DNA from: Cyanidioschyzon merolae
Lineage: Eukaryota
Assembly (NCBI GenBank): GCA_000091205.1
Contig: AP006497.2
Reading direction: 5' to 3' (one strand)
DNA: 64,000 nt
In this document: one piece after another, positions 30,479-41,175 of the stretch
How the letters are laid out: each line of letters starts with the position of its first letter
Numbering within the stretch: the first letter of the stretch is position 1
Notes under the pieces: model-generated
The model's database searches: none
Told to the model about the DNA's origin: nothing
Seen by the model: only the letters and a program-made list of their open reading frames with translations
Program-made: the position numbers and the translations under genes

Positions 30479-31894
30479 ATGGATCTCGTGTACCTGCTGA
30501 CGTTCCTCACGTTATGCTTGACACTCACAGCGCTGCAAGTGGACAAGTCGTCTGCAGCGTTGTCAATCCAAAAGCTCATCATTCGTAAAGAACAACGAAA
30601 TGTTGTTGATGAATCTGGTGCTGATGATCAAATAAAGACACAACGGTTAGGTTTTTGCTCGTTTCAACGCACGTACCTAAGTGTGTACTTCCTTGCTGTA
30701 GCAGCGGACTGGCTGCAGGGGCCCATGGTGTATGCGCTCTATGATGCCTACGGGTTTTCAAAGCACGAAATTGCAGCCCTATTCATCGCTGGTTTCGGTT
30801 CAAGTATGGTTCTAGGTACGTATGCTGGAGCACTGGCTGACAACTTTGGGAGAAAGCGTCTCGCCTTGGTGTACTGTGCGTTTTACACAGTCTCCTGTCT
30901 GACGAAGCATTTTCCTCACTTTGGTGTGCTGCTCGTCGGTCGTTTACTCGGTGGCATGGCGACGTCGCTGCTTTTCTCTGTGTTTGAGGCATGGTACGTG
31001 AATGAGCACGAATCACGAGGCTTTCCGGCGGAATGGTTGAGCGAGTCGTTTTCGCGAGCATCTTTTGGTAATGGTCTCGTGGCCATCTTATGTGGACAGC
31101 TTGCGGGGTTGGTGGCGGGACCATTTGGCTTTGTGGCGCCCTTTGACGTGGCCATTGGCGTCCTGGTGCTTGTTGCTGTCCTGATCCATCACAACTGGAC
31201 CGAAAACTACGGCATGCGGGGTGAGCACGTCAGCCGAGGACTCCAGCGAGCGCTGAGGCACACACTCCGCGACTCGAAAATGCGCTGGCTGGGGATTCTC
31301 CAATCCTGTTTTGAAGCAGCAATGTATATTTTCGTGTTTTTATGGACGCCGGCGCTACAGGGCGCTCAAGAGAATCCCACGAATCCCATTCCGCATGGGA
31401 TGATCTTTTCGACGTTCATGGTTGCGCTGATGCTTGGTAGCGTTCTCTTCGATCGCATCCTTCGGCGCATCACACGCGAAGAAAAGGACGCATCCGCCGT
31501 GAAAACCATGAACAACGCGGTGCTTTGGCTTATGCAAATCCTTGTGGCGATCAGTATATGCAGTTTTGTGGTTGCCGCAGTCGGCGATCGCCTCCACTGG
31601 AGCGCAGCTTATCTTGCCATGATCGGCTTCGAAGTCACGTGTGGCCTCTATTTTCCAGCCATGGGGTGCCTGCGAGGTATCCTCATCCCTGAGGAATGTC
31701 GAGCCGCAGTTATGAATCTGTTTCGGGTGCCGATGAATTTGCTGGTGGTTCTTATTCTCGCTTATGTGGATCGATTTACGAACCGCTCCGTTTTCTTCGC
31801 GGCGGCAGGGCTGAACGCGATTGCCCTTCTCGCGCTAGTCCGTCTGAAGGCTGCGAAACCGGAGCCAGACACGACTGGGGAAGCTCACGCATGA
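30479..31894 (+). CDS. MFS_5-type major facilitator (molybdate-anion transporter MOT2/MFSD5-like)
   Basis: ATG at 30479. YLSVYFLAVAADWLQGPMVYALYDAYGF...IAALFIAGFGSSMVLGTYAGALADNFGRKRLALVYCAFYTVSCL matches the family signature. About 11-12 hydrophobic segments. Confidence 0.8.
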   Translation: MDLVYLLTFLTLCLTLTALQVDKSSAALSIQKLIIRKEQRNVVDESGADDQIKTQRLGFCSFQRTYLSVYFLAVAADWLQGPMVYALYDAYGFSKHEIAALFIAGFGSSMVLGTYAGALADNFGRKRLALVYCAFYTVSCLTKHFPHFGVLLVGRLLGGMATSLLFSVFEAWYVNEHESRGFPAEWLSESFSRASFGNGLVAILCGQLAGLVAGPFGFVAPFDVAIGVLVLVAVLIHHNWTENYGMRGEHVSRGLQRALRHTLRDSKMRWLGILQSCFEAAMYIFVFLWTPALQGAQENPTNPIPHGMIFSTFMVALMLGSVLFDRILRRITREEKDASAVKTMNNAVLWLMQILVAISICSFVVAAVGDRLHWSAAYLAMIGFEVTCGLYFPAMGCLRGILIPEECRAAVMNLFRVPMNLLVVLILAYVDRFTNRSVFFAAAGLNAIALLALVRLKAAKPEPDTTGEAHA

Positions 31895-32082
31895 GCCTGC
31901 ACACCTGTCATATTGACGTCCCTGAATACTTGTGTGTGAGTGTGTATGTCGCTTGCGCGCCGGGCGTGGTGGAGTTGGCGGCGGCAGTGCCGGCTCGCGC
32001 GGAACCCCGTGCTTGCCCCGCAGTCCAGGGCTTGTCGAGGCTGGACGCGATCGCTACCCGAGATGGATACGGGATACGCACC

Positions 32083-32622
32083 CTACTTGTGATAGGGCGT
32101 ATGGTTGTAAATCTCAATAGCCCGATAAATTTGTTCCATCAACACAAGTCGAGCTAGTTGATGGGTAAACGTCAGCGTAGACAAGCTCAATAATTCGTGG
32201 GCATGCTGGTAGACTGCTTGTGGCAGACCCGAGGCGCCGCCTATCACGAACGTGACGCGGGAGCCGCCTTGTTCCATCTGCCTCATGAAAACCTCTGCAA
32301 ACTCCTCACTTGTGTATACCTTTCCGCGCTGGGCATCAAGGGCAACCACTTGACCGCTGCTGCTGGCACGTTCCTGTCGAGTCCGTTTGACAAGGGCCTC
32401 CTCGTCGCGCACCCAGACCTGCTCCACGGTAACAAACGGAGCGAGTCGCTTCGTGTATTCCCGGAAACCTTCCTCGATCCACTGGAACTTGCTCTTACCC
32501 TGAGCCAGGATTGTAACGTGTAATCGCGCACATAAACTGTTCAAGGGGCGTGTGCGTTTGCACCGTGCCCGGGCCGGCTCGAGCGCGGTCCAGAGCGCTA
32601 CAAAGCCGCAGCTCCGCGGCAT
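32083..32622 (-). CDS. RlmH-type SPOUT rRNA (pseudouridine-N3) methyltransferase homolog with N-terminal targeting extension (likely organellar)
   Basis: Colinear with bacterial RlmH: LHVTILAQGKSKFQWIEEGFREYTKRL...VVALDAQRGKVYTSEEFAEVF...RVTFVIGGASGLPQAVYQHAHELLSLSTLTFTHQLARLVLMEQIYRAIEIYNHTPYHK. The track start is TTG 32646; the first ATG is 32622. Confidence 0.85.
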   Translation of the reverse strand: MPRSCGFVALWTALEPARARCKRTRPLNSLCARLHVTILAQGKSKFQWIEEGFREYTKRLAPFVTVEQVWVRDEEALVKRTRQERASSSGQVVALDAQRGKVYTSEEFAEVFMRQMEQGGSRVTFVIGGASGLPQAVYQHAHELLSLSTLTFTHQLARLVLMEQIYRAIEIYNHTPYHK

Positions 32623-33369
32623 CAGTCCGGCTGCGAAGCGCTTCAAACCGTCAAAACGCGTTCAACGTCGAGGTCAGCAAACGTGCAACCAGCGCTGGAA
32701 CCGCGCTTCGCCGGACGCGCCCCACAAACGCAGAACGAACGCTAGTCGTTCTTATGGATGAGAGACACGAGCGCCGCGTCCGCACCACGAAAAGCAGTGA
32801 AACATAGGGGTTGCATCAACAGCCGTGGAAGTGCTCTATGCGCTTCCAAACTGCATCATGCGTCCATGAATCGCTTTTACAGCATCCGCAGTGCATCCGA
32901 TTTTTCATCATGCTAGCCAGCGGGTACGTCAGGGAAGTACTCGTGAACAAGCCGGTATCCAGAACTGGGGCAGCATGTGGTTCCCTTATTTGCGCACACT
33001 CTACCCGGTCATTTGGCAAACACCGGATAGCCTGGAAACCGGAATTGGTTTGGATGCGAGAACTTTGCCTATCCAACTCACATTTATCAAATTCATCTAC
33101 TCGACATACCTTTTGAACCTTCCATCGCCTTGTTTGATTTTTCCAATAAACTTTCCGCGAAATTCTCGATACCAGGCCTCGATGCTTCCTCAGCACGACC
33201 CAGGTCCGATACAATGCGCTTCGCCACCTCAGTATCGACAAGCGCGCCCGCCTCTCCAACGTGCCGCTTTCGCGGTCATGATGGGCGAATCCTCCATGCG
33301 TCTCCATGGCACGGCGCTCGCTTGCCGAACACTCGACATTGCCAACGCAACGAGCCAGAAGAACAAGAA

Positions 33370-33410
33370 GAGGAGGAGGAGGAGGAGGAGGAGGAGGAGG
33401 AGGAGGCGGA
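33370..33410. repeat. (AGG)13 trinucleotide repeat
   Basis: gaggaggaggagg... is seen directly. It produces poly-Pro/poly-Glu runs in spurious ORFs. Confidence 0.9.
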
Positions 33411-33528
33411 AACCCTCGCAGGTCGCTCCTTGTGATCGCAAGCATGCAACTGCGAGCCAGCAACTAGCGATACGCTTCCATGCCCGAGCGGCCGTGTATG
33501 GACGGCATCACCATACATACAGCGTTCC

Positions 33529-33548
33529 AGTCGTCGTCGTCGTCGTCG
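33529..33548. repeat. (GTC)6 trinucleotide repeat
   Basis: gtcgtcgtcgtcgtcgtcgtt. Confidence 0.85.
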
Positions 33549-33816
33549 TTGCCTCTGGAAGCGCTCTCGTGTCCACGAGGCTAGCAACAAACCCATCATT
33601 GGACGAAAAAACAGCAGTGCACCCAGAGTGCATCAGCTTCGCCAGCAAACGCTTCGACCGCTGGCACGCAGAACACTCGGAGCATCTCTCTGTTACGAGT
33701 TGGCATCCGTTGTGCTAGCATTGTCGTTGCATCCGAAAACCCATCATGACAGCAGCATCAACCGGTGCGCGCACATCCTACTCTCCAGCGTGGCTGTTTC
33801 GCAGTCCACCTTGTGC

Positions 33817-36800
33817 TCAGAAATCGACACCTTCAATACGGTCTTCGATTTCGCGGTACAGATCCCGCAAGCGTTCGATATTCTCCTCGGAGGTTTCCCA
33901 GTAGCCACGGCCGTGTGCCTCCAGCATCGTTGTCACCATAGAGCGGAAGCTGTTGGGATTCGAGTCCATGAGCTTCTTCCGCATGGCCTCGTCGACAAAG
34001 AAGGTCTGGTTGGCGTTCTCATAGACCCAGTTGTCGACAGCGTCCGAGGTCACCGAGAACGCCATGGTGTTCCGCAAACGCTTGGAAAGTTCTCGCACAC
34101 CTTCGTAACCAGAGTTCACGAGTCCGTCGATCCACTTGGGATTCAGCAGTTTGGTCCGGCTATCGAGACGAATGGTCTCGTCGAGGCTGCGCACGGCAAC
34201 GTTCGCCGTCGTCGAGTCCGCGATATACGAGCGGGGCTTGCGCTTGTCACCCCGAAGGGCGGCAACCCACTTCTCGTTTGCGCCATCTGCATAATTCGAG
34301 ACGTCCGTCAAGGAGATCTCAGACGAATCCAGATTCTGCATCGTGACCTCGACGGTTTTGAGCGCCCGCTCGAAGCGCTGCCGCGCGGGAATCATGGCCC
34401 CCGGGCGATCACTATCGTAGGCGAAGGATTTGCGAGAGAGGTACTGTTCCTGGAGCTGCTGTTCATCGGTCCATCCTCCATTTTCAATGGCAATGCCAAC
34501 GTTCGCAGAATAACTGCCCGATGCATTCGAAAACACACGCGTTGCTGCCTCCCGTACACTGATGTTCTCCTCGGCTGCCTGCTCCAGGGCGTGCTTGCGC
34601 ACGTAGTTCATCTCGGGCGGTTCATCAGCCTCTGCTGCCATCTTGATCGCTTGGTCCATCAGCGCCATCTGGTTGATCAACAGATCGCGAAAGATGCCGC
34701 TAACCGTGACGACCACATCGATTCGTGGGCGTCCCAGCTCCGAGAGCGACACCAGCTCCACCCGGTTGACTCGTCCCGATGCGTCCGGCACCGGACGTGC
34801 CCCAATGAGCCACAGCACCTGGGCAATGCTCTGGCCAAACGACTTGATCGCCTCTGTGCCATAAAGTACCAGCGATACCGTCTCTGGCATTTGACCTTGG
34901 TTCGCGGCTGCTTCCCGCTCGAGCAGGCGCTCTACGACGACTTTGGCTTCGGCGAAGGCCGAACTCGTCGGAATCGACTGCGGATCCAGCGCGTGAATGT
35001 TCTTGCCGGTTGGGACGACGGCGGGGTTCCGGATGGGATCTCCCCCCGGACCCGGTTCGATGTAACGTCCTTGGAGTGCCTGCATCAGCGAACCGAGCTC
35101 GTTATCCTTAATGATCTGCTCTAGGCAGACCTCAAGGTACTCAAAGAGCGGCTTCAGGTCTCGTGCTGAGCACTGGGGAAAGCCGCTCTCCTCGAGCGCC
35201 ACCAGATACGTCGGTTTGATCGCTTCGGACAGGAACGATACCATCACGCGATCAATGCGTCCATCCTTGTTGACTGACTTGGAGACAACCCGCTCAACAG
35301 CGTTGCGGCACGCACGCTGAATGCGATCCAACAGCTCGACATCGTCTAGCGCTGTTGAGCGGTACAACTGCTCAATATCCCGATCAACAGACTCGGCTAC
35401 AATACGGGGCAAGGCCTTGAGTCCTTTCTCCGGCCGATCGACACCGGCGATATTCACGAGTGTTGCTACCGCCTCCGCCGCAGTCGGTGGTTTGCCTATC
35501 GTATGCAGCCCGATCGGCAACAAACGAGCTTCTATCTCCATGAGACGGGCGTAGATCGATCCAATAACCTGGTCCCGCTCTTGACGCGTGAGTTGATCGA
35601 ATCCGTCTACGGGCAAGTTGGGAATGTCTCGGTCGAGGTTGCACTGTCGAGCGGTTGCGACGATCGCTGCGCACAGTGCAGCAGCTCTGGACTCATTCGC
35701 ACGCAGTTCCTGGTACTCCCGGATAAGCGATTGACACTCTTTGAGTTCCTTGTAGAGGCCGGCGTTCTCTGCAGGCGGTGTAAGGTAGGAGATGATTCCG
35801 GCGTAGGAGCGTCGCTTCGCTATGGTTGCCTCCGAGGGATTATTCGCGGCATAATAGTAGAGGTTGGGTAGACCCCCGATGAGAAGGTCGGGGTAGCAAT
35901 CTCCACTCATGCCGACCTGTTTGCCCGGCATAAATTCCAGACTTCCATGCGTTCCAAAATGAATCACCGCATTCGCGTCGAAAATCTTCTGCAACCACGT
36001 ATAGCAGGCTGCGAATCCATGATGCGGCGATGCAGACTTGGAGAACAGCAGCCGCATAGGGTCGCCTTCGTACCCGAAACTTGGTTGCACGACCACGGCG
36101 ACATTTCCGAACTGTGCACCGTAGACCAGCAGATTTGTGCCGTCGGTGTTCAGGGTACCGGGAGGCGGACCCCAGTGCTCCTGCAATGAACGCTGATACT
36201 CACATAGACGTTCGTATTCGGATACAGGCATTCGATAGAGCACGTTGAGTTCAGGCGAGCTGATTTTGGCCTCGCGATCGTGCAGTACGCGCTCCATCAA
36301 CGCATCAACAGTCTCGGGAATATCACCGACGGTATAACCATCCAGCTTCATTGCCTGGAGGACCTTGTGGATCGAGCCGAACACGTCCAGATAGGCCGCG
36401 GTACCGACATTGCCCTTGTCTGGTGGAAACGAGAACACGACGACTGCAACCTTCTTCTCGCGGTTCTTCATGCGTCCAAGTTGGGCCCACTTCAGCGCTC
36501 GTGACGCCAGCAAATGAATGCGATCGTGCAGTGGAATACTCCGCCCTGTGAGTCCGTCTCGCCCCGCATAGATGAGCGGCTCGATCGCGCCGTCCAGCTC
36601 AGGCAGACTAACCTGTAATGCAGTCTGAATCGGATGCAGTCCGAGCTCGCTTCGCTTCCACTCATCAAATGTCTGGAATACAAGCGGCAGCGAGCAAATG
36701 TATGGGCGATTCAGGGCTTTGAGGGCTGCAACTGCGCGCGGATGGTCCTGTTTGGCGGGACCCCCAACCAGCGCAAATCCCGTAAGCGACACAACGACGT

Positions 36801-38091
36801 CGACCAGGGGCACTGCTGTATTCAGCGCATAAAAGAAACGGTTCACTGGCTCGCTGAAATCCAGGGCTCCCGAGAAAATCGGGATTACTTTCGCTCCACG
36901 GGCCTCCAGTTCCTGGATGAACGACACATAGTGACAATCATCTTTGGTGACCAGATGAGAGCGCTGCAGTACGATGCCGATGGTGGGCGCATCATTCGCA
37001 AGCCTTGCTCGCGGAGCGTGCTCCTTGTCGTACCAACGTATGTACTCGGTGACGTCCTCAAACATCTTGGGTGCCACAGGATGCCAGATTCCTGCATCCG
37101 GAAACAGGACCGGATCCTTCACTTCAAACTGGAAGCTCTGAACATCCTGAACGTACTTGGATGCAACCATTAAGATCATGTTTTCGAGGTTCTCTACAGT
37201 GCCCCCGAGCCAGTACTGAAAAGAGAGCATAAACGATCGCGCATCCTGAGCCTTGTCGCTCGGCAAGTACTTAAGCACCTTTGGCAGAGTGCGCAGCAAG
37301 CGAAGCATTTGGGACTCGAAGTCTGCACCCTGTTGTTCTCGCCGTTTCTTCATGATCTGCCCGATGAACGATGTCGTAGACTGTCCAGTCTGGTTCAGTT
37401 GGCCCATACTAAAAGCCCCGAGTTTGTTCAGTTTCATCACCGGAGGTAAGGACGGAAACACGACGCATGCATCGAGACGATCTCTTACAGGCGCGACGGC
37501 GGCGACGACCTTGTCGGCAAGCTCTTGGACAAAAATCAGAGATCCGATGAAAATGTTCGCATCCGCAATATCGCGCTTGAAGGCGTTGTAGTTGGCCTCG
37601 TTTCGAAGCTCCTCCAGGAGATAGCCACTCAGTTCCACCGCCATGTGCTCCTGTTTCGCGTTGATCTTTCGAACCGCAGCCGTCAGCGTCGACTGGTACT
37701 GCGACTCCAACACGACATATACAATTTTGACCAGTTTCCGTCCTTCTAGCACTGGAGGTACAATGTGCCTGTCCTCTGGCTTCGACGCCGTAAACAGGCC
37801 GCCTGGCGCTCCGGCCAGAATGCCCGTACCGTCGTCATTCACACCGTTTCCACCAGCGTTCCAGTTCACTGCAGCACCCGTACCTTTACGGCGCTCGTTC
37901 GCAGCAGTCATCACCGACCGAGTGCGCATCTGTTGCGAGCGGCGGCTGCTCGAAGGCAGCACCAGCGGCCCCCAGGCTGAGGTCTTGCCCCACTGGTGCA
38001 GCGGCTGCACGGAACCAGCTTTCACAGCAACACCGGTTCCTAAAAAGCGCTTCTGCAACGTGGTACTCGGCGCTACAAAGCTAATCTCCAT
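33817..38091 (-). CDS. CHLH: Magnesium-chelatase subunit H (ChlH), 1424 aa, with N-terminal transit-peptide-like extension
   Basis: ATG at 38091. The blocks [70 protein letters not shown] and the overall length match ChlH/BchH rather than the shorter CobN. The N-terminus [11 protein letters not shown] is Ser/Thr-rich with an early Phe. Confidence 0.9.
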   Translation of the reverse strand: MEISFVAPSTTLQKRFLGTGVAVKAGSVQPLHQWGKTSAWGPLVLPSSSRRSQQMRTRSVMTAANERRKGTGAAVNWNAGGNGVNDDGTGILAGAPGGLFTASKPEDRHIVPPVLEGRKLVKIVYVVLESQYQSTLTAAVRKINAKQEHMAVELSGYLLEELRNEANYNAFKRDIADANIFIGSLIFVQELADKVVAAVAPVRDRLDACVVFPSLPPVMKLNKLGAFSMGQLNQTGQSTTSFIGQIMKKRREQQGADFESQMLRLLRTLPKVLKYLPSDKAQDARSFMLSFQYWLGGTVENLENMILMVASKYVQDVQSFQFEVKDPVLFPDAGIWHPVAPKMFEDVTEYIRWYDKEHAPRARLANDAPTIGIVLQRSHLVTKDDCHYVSFIQELEARGAKVIPIFSGALDFSEPVNRFFYALNTAVPLVDVVVSLTGFALVGGPAKQDHPRAVAALKALNRPYICSLPLVFQTFDEWKRSELGLHPIQTALQVSLPELDGAIEPLIYAGRDGLTGRSIPLHDRIHLLASRALKWAQLGRMKNREKKVAVVVFSFPPDKGNVGTAAYLDVFGSIHKVLQAMKLDGYTVGDIPETVDALMERVLHDREAKISSPELNVLYRMPVSEYERLCEYQRSLQEHWGPPPGTLNTDGTNLLVYGAQFGNVAVVVQPSFGYEGDPMRLLFSKSASPHHGFAACYTWLQKIFDANAVIHFGTHGSLEFMPGKQVGMSGDCYPDLLIGGLPNLYYYAANNPSEATIAKRRSYAGIISYLTPPAENAGLYKELKECQSLIREYQELRANESRAAALCAAIVATARQCNLDRDIPNLPVDGFDQLTRQERDQVIGSIYARLMEIEARLLPIGLHTIGKPPTAAEAVATLVNIAGVDRPEKGLKALPRIVAESVDRDIEQLYRSTALDDVELLDRIQRACRNAVERVVSKSVNKDGRIDRVMVSFLSEAIKPTYLVALEESGFPQCSARDLKPLFEYLEVCLEQIIKDNELGSLMQALQGRYIEPGPGGDPIRNPAVVPTGKNIHALDPQSIPTSSAFAEAKVVVERLLEREAAANQGQMPETVSLVLYGTEAIKSFGQSIAQVLWLIGARPVPDASGRVNRVELVSLSELGRPRIDVVVTVSGIFRDLLINQMALMDQAIKMAAEADEPPEMNYVRKHALEQAAEENISVREAATRVFSNASGSYSANVGIAIENGGWTDEQQLQEQYLSRKSFAYDSDRPGAMIPARQRFERALKTVEVTMQNLDSSEISLTDVSNYADGANEKWVAALRGDKRKPRSYIADSTTANVAVRSLDETIRLDSRTKLLNPKWIDGLVNSGYEGVRELSKRLRNTMAFSVTSDAVDNWVYENANQTFFVDEAMRKKLMDSNPNSFRSMVTTMLEAHGRGYWETSEENIERLRDLYREIEDRIEGVDF

Positions 38092-38589
38092 ATTTAACGC
38101 ACGGTGGAATGTTTACCAGACCCTACGCTGGACGGAAGAAGCGTTCAGGTTGTGAAGCGTACACTACTTCTCTTCGTCAAACGTGTCTACTATGCGCAAG
38201 CCTCTGCACACGTGACAAGATGCTACGAGTTACTATACGCTCCAGGGAACGCTGAACTAGAAAATATCAAAACCAGACGCCAAGCCACAGCAATGCTATG
38301 CGCTCGTAGCAAAAGAGCGCGATAGGTTGTAAAGTGACCCGGAGATCAGTTCGACGAGGGCATGCGGCGGTGCAGTCGCACCTGCGCGTATCAGCGACGG
38401 CAGGAACGGCGGCGACGATCAGAAAACGACCGATGCAGAAGCGTTGAGGGCCGCATTGCGCAGCGCCCCGGATGGTGACCTGAAGCGTTCCTCCGGAGGT
38501 GCAGGGAAATCAGTGGAATAAAATGGATATTTATGGATAGAGTGCGTCGGGATCTGATTCTTATCTTCACGAAACGATGACATCGGGAC

Positions 38590-40557
38590 CATGGATCCCC
38601 GAATTCGGAATCTATGATGGCTTTCGGGAAAGCGTCCACCATGAAGCACTTTCCTTCAAGTTCCATTACCCATACTTGCTTTCGGATAAACAGGTCTTTT
38701 CATAGGTTCCATCCAGCGGCGAATGGCTGCCTTGAGCACTCGCCGTAGCGCCTGCACCGCTCAAGCAGATGCTGCATAGAGAGTCAGAGGGGCTCTGCAA
38801 TACCACAGAGGGCGTCGGCTCGAGGCGTCATTCATTCAACCTCGACTCGACATTCATAATGAAACTGGGAGCCTGCAAGCGCTGCTGACAGACCTACTGT
38901 CTGCGGCAGCGCGAAGCAACAGACTAGGAGTCCACTGCGACCAGGGCGACGCCCAGACGCAGTAAAGCGGCGTCTAGACCCAGAATGAACTGCGTTGCGG
39001 AAGAGTTGAACAGGTCTCACGAAAGCACCTGCCACTGGAGGAAGCATAAAGCGCGACCCGGGCAGACTCGTCCAGGTCGCGGGACCTTCCGCCTAGGGGG
39101 TAAGCTTTTGACGGCATCGGAAACTTTCCCCTCGTTTCACGTCTATCGTAAAGCGGGGAAGGAATCGTTATCTCGTTGCAATGTAGTGGTACGTTGCTGT
39201 TATTTTGTCTATACGGCGCTCGACAGGCGCACCTGGAATATCTGGCGGTCACGAGACAAGACGGATATCTCGCCGTTGAAGGGAAACCCGATCGTGATCA
39301 TTTGCGTGTTGCTCTGACGTACATGTTGTGTTTGCGTTACAGTCGTGCCAAAGTACAGTATTTCATCTCGATGGTGTTTCGACCATCAAGCAACGATATT
39401 CCGGTAGTTTTCGCGCAGTTTGTATCAGAAGCGTTCAAAAAGCGTTCTTTTTCAAAAAAACAAAAAAGGAAAGTTTTGGAGAGGCAAGTCGTCGATCCCA
39501 GAGGCCAAGTGTCACCGGATGCCGGAAAAAGCGGAGAGCACTGCCGAGCCCAGAAGCACTGGAGAGGACCGCGACGCGGAAAGTGCATGAGAACGACTTG
39601 GTCGTTGGTGCAGACGCCGGACACACGAAGATCCGTAGCCATCGCGGTTCGCGAGTGTGCGGAAGATGGCATGGACGGTAACCTACGTCCGAAAGACATG
39701 CGGCTTTTGAGCTTCTCGAGAGCGAGATGCTATCGAGAATCTGGAATCATGAATGCAAGGACAAAAATCGAGACGTGGAACGCAGGAATGAAGGATCACG
39801 TGGAAGCTTCGAGCGATGTGACGAGCCGAGGAGCAGACTTTCAAACTTTTCTGAAATGCATGGAAGTTCGCGTCGCTGACTGGGAGGCGCTGTGGAAAGC
39901 GTATCCAAAGCCCCGGTGGGCTCGTCTGCGTATGCGTCTATACTGTGGGAAGCAGCGCGCATTCGCCAATTTTTTCAATCCACTGAACGCCTTGAAGGAG
40001 GACGAGGGTCAGAGGCTCCTAGTAGCGTACGGAGCAGGGCGCTGGATGACCCAAAACAGGATATACGCCAGCTCCAACAACAAGAACGTACAAGGAGCGC
40101 GCACGGCGTTTTGTCACCATACCGATAGATGCGTTCCGAACATCGTACACACACCATGAGCTGGGCTGCACGCTTCAGAGGGTCGAGATAGAAAAGTGCC
40201 AGCGGGGCCCTGAGCATTTAAAAAAGTACGGAGCGCCGACGGAAGAGCAAATGGAAAGGAGGGCAAAAGTGCGAGAGCTACTCGCATTAGTATATACAAC
40301 CAGTGATGGCAAGAAACGTATGGAATTCGTGAACCGAGACTTGAACGCCGCTATCAATATTCGGAGAAGTGCGGTGATGGGGAAAAGACCTCCAGAGTTG
40401 ACAGGAGAGAATTTTGTGGGGCAGCGTCTCATGGTCGAATTGTACAGAATGAAAATGAAGCCAGTTGTAGGTGGCCAGTCGAGCGAGACAGTGAGGCTTC
40501 GGCGTTTCAGTTGGAGACGTTTTGTGTAGGGCGCGTTTGCCGCCACTGCTGTATACC
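38590..40557 (+). mobile_element. Copy A of a ~1.97-kb TnpB/Fanzor-like (IS200/605-OrfB-related) element
   Basis: Near-identical to 48310-50278 at a constant offset of 9721 bp with no indels across about 1.9 kb. The edges are more diverged than the core. It encodes a RuvC-fold TnpB-like protein. No terminal inverted repeats are evident, as expected for IS200/605-type elements. Confidence 0.65.
39176..40529 (+). pseudogene. TnpB/Fanzor-like RuvC nuclease gene split across two overlapping frames (+1 shift between ~40045 and ~40105)
   Basis: Frame 1 (39176-40159) carries a RuvC-I-like AEDGMDGNL and downstream ...LLVAYGAGRW. Frame 2 (open from 40050) reads RRFVTIPIDAFRTSYTHHELGCTLQRVEIEKCQRG...MEFVNRDLNAAINIRRSAVMGKRP. 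That contains the TnpB block V.P.YTS..C, a zinc-ribbon-like region and the RuvC-III hallmark RD.NAA.NI. A frameshift (or recoding) is needed to join the two frames. Confidence 0.6.
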
Positions 40558-41175
40558 GCTGCGCCACCGTGTTCCCATGGAAGAGAAATTTCGAAAACTT
40601 GAAGACTGCGTGACTGGGAGCTTCTGCACACGAATTCGAGAGTATATCATTTGCTCTCCGATGCCTTGTTCGACGGCGTCGCGAATCTTCATGTTTCCCG
40701 TGGCGTATCGAACTGCAGCGGTAAAGATCCCAGGTATCCATTCCGAAAACCCGACCGAGAATCCTAAAACTACCTTTGAGTTCTCAAGTCCGTCTCTTTA
40801 TATTTCGAATGTCGACTTTGGAAATCACGGAATAAAACATTCAGAAAAAAATGCAAAGCCACGAACACAGTGCGAGCATCTCCCAATCCACTTGTAATCC
40901 AGGATTGGCGTGGTATCATCTGCGCGCTGTTGATGCAGCACTAGCACCAATACGCTGGTCTCTCAGGAACTCAAGTCGGTTGGGTCCTAAAAACCACCAG
41001 CGTGGGAGGAATTTTCATCTGTCCGTGCTAACCGCTTGGCTGTTTCTTTGAACCAGTGGCGGGAAGCAAGGCTCGGTTCACTAGGACGAGTCTAGCGGAG
41101 CGTTACGGTGCTGATCGAAAGGCCGTGCCGCTCTACCGCCGAGCACTCCGAGTTCATGTGGCTGGCTCTTTCGAC

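Noticed and set aside
32816-33463. 215-aa ORF with a PPPPPPPPPPPP run, and the overlapping 275-aa and 101-aa ORFs with poly-R/poly-E
   Set aside because: The homopolymer runs are translations of the (AGG)13 microsatellite in different frames. The region is the RlmH promoter / ChlH 3' flank. Spurious.
33628-35124. 498-aa plus-strand ORF
   Set aside because: It lies entirely antisense to the strongly supported ChlH CDS. Long antisense ORFs are expected opposite GC-rich codon-biased genes. The same applies to 16477..17442 (antisense to the exosome subunit), 22382..23146, 55255..55767 and 35503..35871.
33817-38091. Cobaltochelatase CobN as an alternative call for the 1424-aa chelatase
   Set aside because: The length of about 1400 aa and the blocks [45 protein letters not shown] and [22 protein letters not shown] match ChlH/BchH. 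The presequence and plastid gene context also point to ChlH.
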